Positions 55,304-63,026 of a stretch of 64,000 nt of DNA are shown piece by piece. The notes below the pieces were generated by a model. The model saw only the letters and a program-made list of their open reading frames with translations, did no database searches and was not told the origin of the DNA. The translations under genes and the position numbers were made by a program. The stretch spans positions 4,368-68,367 of the forward strand of contig CAMDFL010000002.1 of assembly GCA_945897475.1 (NCBI GenBank), written 5' to 3'. Numbering within the stretch: the first letter of the stretch is position 1; each line of letters opens with the position of its first letter. The stretch comes from Bordetella parapertussis (GTDB taxonomy: Bacteria > Pseudomonadota > Gammaproteobacteria > Burkholderiales > SG8-39).

Positions 55304-55530
55304 GACGCAAGCTCCTGGCCCAAGCCTTCGTCGGCGAGAGCCTTTTCAAACTTTGGATCAAGCTTGGCGCACTCAGACGCAAGCCGGCCACGCTCCATGC
55401 GCGCGAGCTTCTCGCTCACGGCTGCTTGAATCGCGCGACTGCGATTGGGGAAGATGCTCTTCGAGACTAAACCGTCAACGCGGATCAGCGTTTCTTGGTC
55501 CAGAGTAATCGCTACCTTTACGCTACTCAT
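55288..55530 (-). CDS. type II antitoxin, ribbon-helix-helix (CopG-like)
   Basis: [19 protein letters not shown]...[14 protein letters not shown] is an RHH fold pattern. Sits directly upstream of, and overlaps, the toxin gene. Confidence 0.8.
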   Translation of the reverse strand: MSSVKVAITLDQETLIRVDGLVSKSIFPNRSRAIQAAVSEKLARMERGRLASECAKLDPKFEKALADEGLGQELASWPKY

Positions 55531-55542
55531 GTTTTATCTCCG

Positions 55543-55565
55543 TGGTATGACAATAAATCATACCA
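55543..55565. promoter_or_regulatory. palindromic operator candidate overlapping a -10-like box of the antitoxin-toxin operon
   Basis: TGGTATGA-caataaa-TCATACCA, 13-35 nt upstream of the antitoxin ATG. On the coding strand it reads TGGTATGATTTATTGTCATACCA, followed by GGAGATAAAACATG. Confidence 0.55.
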
Positions 55566-55635
55566 TGGTCGATGGCGCAAGAAATCTAAGGTTCCCGCTC
55601 ATGGGCGCAATTCGTAATTCGAGTCTGGCGCCTTT

Positions 55636-56616
55636 TTACTGCGGTTCAATGCCCAAGGACTTGGTGATTTTGCCGACTGCGGCGATGGCCGCGCGCACTT
55701 CCTCGCCGAATTCCGCCGGCGTGTTCCCCACCGGTGTCGTGCCCAGTGCTTCGAGCTTCGCCGACACTTCGGGGTTATTCAAGGCTGCGCGCAACTCAGT
55801 TTGCAGGCGCGTGGCAATGGGAGCTGGCAAACCTGCCGGGCCCATCAGCGCGAAAAACGAGGGCAGCATCGCGTAGCTGGGATACAACTCGGCAATCGAG
55901 GGCACTTCGGGAATCTGGCGCTGGCGCGTACGATCGAACACGGCGAGGATTTTCACCTTGCCGGTCTTGGCCTGGGCGCCCAGGCTTGCCACCGTGGGGA
56001 AGAAAACCTGAATGCGATCGCTGGCAAGGTCGGCCACCGGCTGCGCCATGCCTTGTGTTGCGTAAGGCACGTGCAACATCTTGATGCCCACTTCGGTCGA
56101 AAACGACTCTCCGATCATGTGAAACGCGGTGCCGTTGCCGGTGCTGCCGAAGGCAAGCTTGCCGGGGAATTTTTTCGCGTAGTCGACCAGCTCGGCCACC
56201 GAGTTCACCGGCAGCGCGGCGGACACGGCGAAAATGCTGGGCACACTGATCACCTTGCTGATGGGTGCGAAATCGACCAGCGTGTCGTAGGGCAGATTTT
56301 TGACGAGGTAACGCGCGGTGACCAAAGGCGCCGATGCGGAAATCAGCAGCGTGTAGCCGTCGGGGGGCGCCTGCTTCACCGCGACTGCGGCCACCTGCCC
56401 GCCGGCGGCTGGTCGGCTGTCGATCACCACTGCCTGCCCCAGCGTGGCGCTCATCAGCGGGCTCGATAGACGGATAGCAATGTCGCCGCTGGTTCCGGAA
56501 AAAGTGGCGCTGATAATACGTATTGGCTTGGTCGGATAGCTTTGAGCGTGAATCAGGTTTGAAAAAAAACCTTCCATCAGCAGCAACGCGGCGGCCAAAA
56601 TTAGCTTGCATTTCAT
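55636..56616 (-). CDS. Bug/TctC-family substrate-binding protein
   Basis: Signal peptide and AQSYPTKPIRIIS, PDGYT, and a C-terminal EFGEEVRAAIAAVGKITKSLGIEPQ tail. Confidence 0.9.
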   Translation of the reverse strand: MKCKLILAAALLLMEGFFSNLIHAQSYPTKPIRIISATFSGTSGDIAIRLSSPLMSATLGQAVVIDSRPAAGGQVAAVAVKQAPPDGYTLLISASAPLVTARYLVKNLPYDTLVDFAPISKVISVPSIFAVSAALPVNSVAELVDYAKKFPGKLAFGSTGNGTAFHMIGESFSTEVGIKMLHVPYATQGMAQPVADLASDRIQVFFPTVASLGAQAKTGKVKILAVFDRTRQRQIPEVPSIAELYPSYAMLPSFFALMGPAGLPAPIATRLQTELRAALNNPEVSAKLEALGTTPVGNTPAEFGEEVRAAIAAVGKITKSLGIEPQ

Positions 56617-56770
56617 GCGCGGCAGTCCCTTGTCAATTGAATGATGCGCTTATGATAGCAAGAAGCTTACGCGAGCTAAGCGCGCTAGCTAAGCGCACGA
56701 CCTAAAAGCGCGACATGAGCGCGCGAAAAAAATTCAGGATGGTGGCGAATGAGAAACAAGGAGCATAAAC

Positions 56771-57763
56771 ATGTACGGTAGATCTGTTTTTTTGGCAGCG
56801 ACCTTGCTGCCATTGGGATTGGCACTCGCGCAGTCACCCTCGGATCGCTATCTTTTGGATCGCTATCCCTCCAAACCCATACGCATGATCGTGCCCGCGG
56901 CCGCGGCTGGGCCCACCGATCTCCTGGCGCGCGTGGCTACCGAGCATCTTGCAAAGGCCTTTGGCCAGGCCGTGGTGGTCGAGAACATGGCAAGCGCCGG
57001 GGGCAATGTGGGATTGCAGGCCGCCGCGCGCGCCGCGCCCGATGGCTACACCATTTTCATTGGTTCGCAGAGCATGCTGGCGCTGGGGCCGTTTCTGTAC
57101 GGGCAGTTGCCCTTCGATCACGAAAAGGATTTCGAGCCGGTGATGGTGATGGCGTCACCACCCTATGTATTGGTGGCGAACCCTTCGGTAGCGGCAAAAA
57201 ATCTCAATGAGCTTCTCGCACTGTTGCGCGCGCAGCCGGGCAAGCTGAATTTCGCCTCCACCGGCGGCGTCGGCAGCACCTCCCATATCGTGGGCGAATT
57301 GTTCAAGCGTGTGAGCAAAACCGATATCGTTCACGTGCCCTACAAGGGCGATGCGCAGGCAAGCACCGATCTGATCGGCGGGCAGGTGCAGTTGATGTTC
57401 ACCTTGTCGGCGAGCGCGACACCGCATATCCGCGGCGGTAAGCTCAAGCCCATTGCCATTGGTTCCTTGCGTCGCTCCTCGGCACTGCCCGACATTCCGA
57501 CTTTCGACGAATCGGGTATGCCTGGGTTCACCGCGGCAAGCTGGTTCGCGATCATGACCCGCGCCGGGTCGCCCTCGGCCATCTTGGTTCGCCTCAACGA
57601 CGAATTGAACCACATGCTGCAACTGCCTGAGGTGCGCGCGCGCCTGATTTCAGTCGGAGCGGAGCCCGCTGGTGGTTCGGTGAGCGAGGCCGCGGCTTTC
57701 GTTCGCGCCGAGCGGATCAAGTGGGGGCAGGTGATCAAGGACGCGAATATCAAACTCAATTGA
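56771..57763 (+). CDS. Bug/TctC-family substrate-binding protein
   Basis: Signal peptide, YPSKPIRMIVPAAAAGPTD, VENMASAGG, PDGYT, and ERIKWGQVIKDANIKLN tail. Confidence 0.9.
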   Translation: MYGRSVFLAATLLPLGLALAQSPSDRYLLDRYPSKPIRMIVPAAAAGPTDLLARVATEHLAKAFGQAVVVENMASAGGNVGLQAAARAAPDGYTIFIGSQSMLALGPFLYGQLPFDHEKDFEPVMVMASPPYVLVANPSVAAKNLNELLALLRAQPGKLNFASTGGVGSTSHIVGELFKRVSKTDIVHVPYKGDAQASTDLIGGQVQLMFTLSASATPHIRGGKLKPIAIGSLRRSSALPDIPTFDESGMPGFTAASWFAIMTRAGSPSAILVRLNDELNHMLQLPEVRARLISVGAEPAGGSVSEAAAFVRAERIKWGQVIKDANIKLN

Positions 57764-57828
57764 CATCCTCTTTGAGATACTCACTTGACCTTCTTGTTTG
57801 CCCTCAATTAACTATTGAAAACCACAAT

Positions 57829-58263
57829 ATGGATATGCAACAAAGAATCATCATCGAAGCCGAATGCCGCAATTTGGTCGTGGGCTTTGGTCGAGGGATG
57901 GACGACGGCGATGCCGCGACCGCATCGGCGCTGTTCGCTGCCGACGGGGTGTGGGATCGCCAGGGTGTTTTGGTAACAGGCCCGCAAGCGATATGCGCGG
58001 CGATCGAGAAACGGCCGAAGATTCGTCTCACACGCCATATCTTCACCAATATGCTGATCAATGTGATCGACGAGAATCATGCCGAGGGCCGCGCTTACTA
58101 CATGGTGTATCTGCACGATGGCCCGCCGCCCGATGGCGGTCCGTTGCCCAGGCCACTTTCGGGGCCTGAGCGGGTGGGGGATTATCACAACAAGTTCGTT
58201 CGCACGCCCGAGGGTTGGCGCATTAGCTACAACGCCGCGAGGCGGATATTCGCAGGCGGATAG
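57829..58263 (+). CDS. SnoaL-like / NTF2-family protein
   Basis: Trimmed to MDMQQRIIIEAECRNLVVGFGRGMDDGDAATASALFAADGVW. This is a typical SnoaL_4-type N-terminus, about 144 aa. Confidence 0.65.
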   Translation: MDMQQRIIIEAECRNLVVGFGRGMDDGDAATASALFAADGVWDRQGVLVTGPQAICAAIEKRPKIRLTRHIFTNMLINVIDENHAEGRAYYMVYLHDGPPPDGGPLPRPLSGPERVGDYHNKFVRTPEGWRISYNAARRIFAGG

Positions 58264-58304
58264 TAGCTAGGCCCGATTTCTGTTCTCGTGCCGTGTGAGG
58301 TTTT

Positions 58305-59282
58305 TTAATCTATGGAAATCTTCGCCCGCGCGATAATTTCACCGTATCTCTTCAAATCGACCTCCATCTGTTTGGCCATTTCCTCTGGCGTCCAGCTAAA
58401 CGGCTCGAAGGTAAATGCGGCGAGACGTTCGCGCACATCGGGCTCGTTCATCGCCTTGGCAAAATCCGTGTTCATACGCATGACTGCTGCTCGGGGTGTG
58501 CCGCGCGGGGCGAACACGCCCACCCAACCGGTGACCGCGAAACCCGCGGGGCCGCCGGCTTCGACCATGGTCGGAATGTTTGGAAAGATGCCAATGCGTT
58601 GCGGCCCGGCAATCGCCAGGTATTTCACTTTTCCGGCGCGATACATGGGGCCGGTGGAGGCCGCGGTGCCGAATGCCCAGGCCACTTCGTTACTTCCCAC
58701 CGCGCTGTACAACTGCGATATTTCCTTGTAGGGGATGTGGGTCATCTGCGTTCCGGTGGCGCCTTCGAACAATGCCATGCCAAGATGGCCTGGGCTGCCA
58801 ATGAACCAGGAGCCGTGGGTGACACCGCCACTTTTTGCTTTTGCTGTGGCGATAAGGTCGCTCATGTTCTTCCAGGGCGAGTCCGCCTGCACCACAGCGA
58901 AGAAATAGGTACGAAACAACGATGCAACCGGTTCGAAATCCTTGGCTGGGCTATAGGCAAGTTTCTTGTACAAGTGTGGCTGTACTGACATGTGGGCGTC
59001 GTCCATCTGCGTGAGCGTATAGCCGTCAGCGGGCGAATTTTTCACCGCGTCGATAGCGATAGCGCCATTGCCGCCAGGCCGGTTCTCGACCACCAGTGGT
59101 TGGCCCCACATTTTTGCCACTTTATCTCCGGCCAGGCGCATCACAATCTCGGGTCCGCTGGCGCCGGGGAAAGGGGTGACCACACGCACCGGCTTGGTGG
59201 GGAACTGCTGCGCGGTGGCAGCTTGTGCCGCAACCGCGAGCACGCTTATTGCGGATACGAGTAATGCCTTTGTTGCTTTCAT
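58305..59282 (-). CDS. Bug/TctC-family substrate-binding protein
   Basis: Signal peptide and AQQFPTKPVRVVTPFPG, VENRPGGNG, ADGYT. Confidence 0.9.
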   Translation of the reverse strand: MKATKALLVSAISVLAVAAQAATAQQFPTKPVRVVTPFPGASGPEIVMRLAGDKVAKMWGQPLVVENRPGGNGAIAIDAVKNSPADGYTLTQMDDAHMSVQPHLYKKLAYSPAKDFEPVASLFRTYFFAVVQADSPWKNMSDLIATAKAKSGGVTHGSWFIGSPGHLGMALFEGATGTQMTHIPYKEISQLYSAVGSNEVAWAFGTAASTGPMYRAGKVKYLAIAGPQRIGIFPNIPTMVEAGGPAGFAVTGWVGVFAPRGTPRAAVMRMNTDFAKAMNEPDVRERLAAFTFEPFSWTPEEMAKQMEVDLKRYGEIIARAKISID

Positions 59283-59578
59283 ATTTGTGGTCTTCCCTCA
59301 GTTTAAAAGCTGCCTGGCCGCAGCGGCTGCCGTGGCCTCGATGTTCTAATATAAGCGAATAAGCCATTACCCAAGAAACCGCAGTGGATCACGTAATAAG
59401 GACGAAAATTGTTCTGCTATCCAGTAGTTACGGCACTTTGTTTGTTCACCCAAAAAGTACTGCTCCGCATTTGCCTAAATTGCCTGAAAATCCTTGCCAG
59501 GTAAGGCTTTTGGCGTTCCATAGCATCAGCCAATTGGGGTATTTAGGATTACTCGTGCACGCCTCCCATGGAAACCTT

Positions 59579-60517
59579 ATGACACTGACAGAGCTACGCT
59601 ACATAGTCGCCGTTGCCCGCGAGCGTCATTTCGGCAATGCTGCAAAAGCCTGCTTCGTGTCGCAACCGACGCTTTCCGTGGCCATCAAGAAATTGGAGGT
59701 GGAATTGGGTGTGGCCTTGTTCGAACGAGCCTCGGGGGAGGCCGCGCCAACCGCCGTGGGCATGCGCGTTATCGAACAGGCACAGCGTGTGCTCGAACAA
59801 TCGCAGGCCATCAAGGAAATAGCCAAACAGGGGAAAGATCCGCTACAAGGGCCTTTGCGAATCGGCGTGATCTACACCATCGCGCCCTATCTGCTGCCGG
59901 GCGTGGTGCGGCTTTTGCATCGGCGTGCGCCGCGCATGCCACTGCACCTGCAGGAAAATTACACGCATCGCCTGCGTGACCTGCTCAAACAAGGCGACAT
60001 CGACGTCGCGATTCTTGCCTTGCCGTTCGAGGAATCCGGCTTCGCCATTCAACCGGTATATGACGAGCCTTTTTTTCTGGCTCTGCCGCGCGATCATGCC
60101 TGGGCCGCGCGTAAAAGCGTCAAGGTTGGCGAGTTGCAAAAGGAAACCATGGTGCTGCTTGGCACCGGACACTGTTTTCGCGACCAGATTCTCGATGCCG
60201 CGCCGGCGCTCAACCGCACCGCAGATGCACAAGGTATGCAACGCACCTTTGAAGGAACTTCGTTGGAAACCATCCGTCAGATGGTCGCCTCGGGGGTTGG
60301 CCTCACGGTGCTGCCTTCGACTTCGATTGCCGAGAAAACGTCCAAGGGCAGCTTGTTGCGCTACCTGCCCCTCACCACGCCGGTACCCGACCGGCGCGTG
60401 GTGTTGGTGTATCGCAAATCCTTTCCCCGCAAAGCGGCGATCGAGGCGCTGCGCCAGGCAGTGCTTCTTTGCCCCTTGTCCGGGGCCACCAAGCTGCCGG
60501 GGGAATCCGCGCGTTAG
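59579..60517 (+). CDS. oxyR: LysR-family regulator, OxyR-like (Cys199 present, Ala at 208)
   Basis: Trimmed to MTLTELRYIVAVARERHFGNAAKACFVSQPTLSVAIKKLE. Collinear with betaproteobacterial OxyR as I recall it (KEIAKQGKDPLQGPLRIGVIYTI, LLGTGHCFRDQ, FEGTSLETIRQMVASGVG). Confidence 0.75.
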   Translation: MTLTELRYIVAVARERHFGNAAKACFVSQPTLSVAIKKLEVELGVALFERASGEAAPTAVGMRVIEQAQRVLEQSQAIKEIAKQGKDPLQGPLRIGVIYTIAPYLLPGVVRLLHRRAPRMPLHLQENYTHRLRDLLKQGDIDVAILALPFEESGFAIQPVYDEPFFLALPRDHAWAARKSVKVGELQKETMVLLGTGHCFRDQILDAAPALNRTADAQGMQRTFEGTSLETIRQMVASGVGLTVLPSTSIAEKTSKGSLLRYLPLTTPVPDRRVVLVYRKSFPRKAAIEALRQAVLLCPLSGATKLPGESAR

Positions 60518-60546
60518 TCAAAGCGCGGACGTTACGCCAATGTCGA

Positions 60547-61626
60547 TCAACCTGGATGGGCGGGGAAGTGCGCGAATACCTTGTTCGCTTGAAAAATGTA
60601 GGTCTCCGCGTAATCGAGCACCACTGGTTTTCTGTGTTCCACTGACATTGCGCCCATCATCGGCATCCAATTGAGCAGTTCGTGCTGACCCGCGGCTTCC
60701 AGTTGCTCGCCGCTCAAGGACCGCCAGTAGTCGTAGTCGCCTCGCTTGAAGGCATCGAGTAATCGCCGGTCCGACTCGTGATCCGGAATGATGTGACCGG
60801 TGTTGGATGAAAGACTGGCATGCGACCAACTCGATGAGGCCATCAGCACCACGCGATAGGGACTGGCGAGGATGGTCTCGGCGAGCTTAACGCCAAGCTC
60901 CATGCACACCGCGGCCGAGGGCGCGGGTGGATCGGGCAGGCCTTTCTTTTCTATATCCTCGAATTGACGCGCACGGCTGCGGCCTTGCGTGACAATGACA
61001 TCGCTGCCATAGGCGTTCAACTGAAACGGCACGATCGGATAGGGAAAGCCCTTTACGTCGTAGTCCAGATACATCACGGTATTCTGGAAGGCCTGCGGCA
61101 GGGCTTCCTGGTGCAGCAATTTGTAGGCGTAGGCGATCGGCATGTCGCGTTTGATCAGTCCGGTGGCGACGCATTTGGCGCCTTCGCGATGTCCGTGTAG
61201 TTTGAGCTTCCAGTCCTTGGCGTGTCCCCAGGCATTCTCTTCCCGGCCGTAGCGCGCTTTTTTCCAGGGTTCAGTCTCGAAAGTGTCGTCCAGCCCGAAG
61301 ATGCAGAAGGGCGGGATGATGTCTTCCTGGAAATTCTCGTACTGGTCATCGCCGAAGATGATGATGAAGTCCGGCTGGTAATCATCGAGAATTTTTCGCT
61401 GCTGGTTAAAGCAGGCGATTAGCCGTTTGCGGTGACGGATAGAAGCTGAAACGCCGCGGTCTTCACCCATTTCGGCAAGCATTTCCGCCGGCCAGTTTTT
61501 CACGTCGCGAAAGCGTGGATCGACGTTAGGGGCTTTCAGCGATTCCTCGAACATGCTTTGCCGGCCCTTGTCCGGCATCATCAGCGGCGGGCTGTGCGTG
61601 GTGCCTATGCCTATGAATTCACCCAT
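60547..61626 (-). CDS. class III extradiol ring-cleavage dioxygenase (LigB family)
   Basis: MGEFIGIGTTHSPP, DFIIIFGDDQYENF, VVLMASSSWSHASL and HELLNWMPMMGAM parallel LigB/gallate-dioxygenase blocks. Confidence 0.65.
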   Translation of the reverse strand: MGEFIGIGTTHSPPLMMPDKGRQSMFEESLKAPNVDPRFRDVKNWPAEMLAEMGEDRGVSASIRHRKRLIACFNQQRKILDDYQPDFIIIFGDDQYENFQEDIIPPFCIFGLDDTFETEPWKKARYGREENAWGHAKDWKLKLHGHREGAKCVATGLIKRDMPIAYAYKLLHQEALPQAFQNTVMYLDYDVKGFPYPIVPFQLNAYGSDVIVTQGRSRARQFEDIEKKGLPDPPAPSAAVCMELGVKLAETILASPYRVVLMASSSWSHASLSSNTGHIIPDHESDRRLLDAFKRGDYDYWRSLSGEQLEAAGQHELLNWMPMMGAMSVEHRKPVVLDYAETYIFQANKVFAHFPAHPG

Positions 61627-61644
61627 TGAAATGCTCCTTGAATT

Positions 61645-61718
61645 AATTGGGATCAGAGATACATTAATCTAAACGGCAATTGATCTCGCGGTGGGTTAAT
61701 GTAACTCTGGCCCCAATT
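61645..61718. repeat. inverted pair of the ~24-bp intergenic repeat (potential long hairpin)
   Basis: AATTGGGATCAGAGATACATTAAT at 61645-61668. GTTAATGTAACTCTGGCCCCAATT at 61695-61718 is the reverse complement of AATTGGGGCCAGAGTTACATTAAC. 26-nt spacer. Confidence 0.85.
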
Positions 61719-61722
61719 AATC

Positions 61723-62730
61723 TTAATCTTTCTGAATCGGGATATTCGCGGTCTTCACCAGGCGAATGAAATTGTCGCGTTCTTCGAGCAAAAACTTGGC
61801 GAACTCCTCGGGTGACGCACCGGTCGGAAAATCCGTCTCCAAACCCTGCGAGGTGAGGAACTTGGCCTTGAACAGCGGGTCGGCGATGATCCTCGCGGTT
61901 TCCACGTTAATGCGGCGCACGATCTCGCGCGGCGTCGCGGCTGGCGCGAAGAAGGCGAACCAACTGCGATAGTCCACATCTATTCCTGATTCCTTCAAGG
62001 TGGGCACGTTCGGGAAAGCAGGCAGACGCTTATCCGAATTGACGGCGAGGGGTTTCATTTTTCCGGCTTTGATATGGGTGGAGGCCGCCCCCAGAGCGAA
62101 GCCAACGATTTGCACGTCGCCTGCTAGCGCGGCGTTCAATGCTTGACTCGCGCTCTTGTAGGGGACGGGATAAAACGCCGCACCCATTCTCGACTTGGTG
62201 AATTGGCCGACCATCGAGGCCATATTGATGCCGCCATAGGTGCCAAGGGTCAGCGACTCAGGTTTGGCTTTGAGCAAGGCAAGCACTTCGGCAATGCTGT
62301 TGGCAGGCACGGAGGGCGTGGCCATCACCATCGAGTACAAGGTGCCGGTTTGCACGACGCCTACCAGATCCTTGAACGGATCGAATGGCAATTTCGATCG
62401 CACCACGGAATTGACGATGGTCGTACCGTTGCTGGTGGAACACAGCGTATAGCCGTCCGGCGGCGACTTGACGCAGGCATCGACGCCGATGATGCCGTCG
62501 GCGCCGTCACGGTTCTCCACCACGAATGCTTGGCCCATGACCTGCGAGAGCGCAGCCGCACAACCGCGCGGAGGAATGTCGCCAGGGCCGCCTACCGGGT
62601 GCGGGACGATGATGCGCACCGCCTTGGTGGGGTAGGCCTGCGCCAGTACCGCCGAAGACAGGCAAAGTGCGGTAGCCGCGATTCCCGCCGCAAGGACGTT
62701 TTGTATCTTGCTGTTTTCGGTGGTGCTCAT
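61723..62730 (-). CDS. Bug/TctC-family substrate-binding protein
   Basis: Track ORF (437 aa) trimmed to MSTTENSKIQNVLAAG (ATG 62730 after AGGAG). AQAYPTKAVRIIVPHPVGG, VENRDGADG, PDGYT. Confidence 0.9.
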   Translation of the reverse strand: MSTTENSKIQNVLAAGIAATALCLSSAVLAQAYPTKAVRIIVPHPVGGPGDIPPRGCAAALSQVMGQAFVVENRDGADGIIGVDACVKSPPDGYTLCSTSNGTTIVNSVVRSKLPFDPFKDLVGVVQTGTLYSMVMATPSVPANSIAEVLALLKAKPESLTLGTYGGINMASMVGQFTKSRMGAAFYPVPYKSASQALNAALAGDVQIVGFALGAASTHIKAGKMKPLAVNSDKRLPAFPNVPTLKESGIDVDYRSWFAFFAPAATPREIVRRINVETARIIADPLFKAKFLTSQGLETDFPTGASPEEFAKFLLEERDNFIRLVKTANIPIQKD

Positions 62731-63026
62731 GCGGACTCCTAGGCTATTGATTGGGCCATGATAGCTAATAATTTCCCTGGTTGTTCCCATGGGTCGCTTA
62801 CTAGCCAAGTGTTGACAACACTGGCAAAGAATCGGGGTTTGTATGCATCCCGCCATTATGTGGATTTGTGCTTTTGAAAATCTACATAGTGGCGGGAAAA
62901 GTGGCCTCAAGGACACTCTGTCTGGTTCTGGCTCCGCCGGCTTGGGTATGTGCGGCAGGTATGTGCCGCAGGTGTTTCCAGGTTTCCTGGTCTGGTAAGC
63001 TGGTGTCTGCGAAATGAGGAAATACC

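Noticed and set aside
62828-62846. AATCGGGGT seed resembling the intergenic repeat family
   Set aside because: Only the first 9 nt match the 24-bp consensus. The rest diverges completely, so the match is likely chance.
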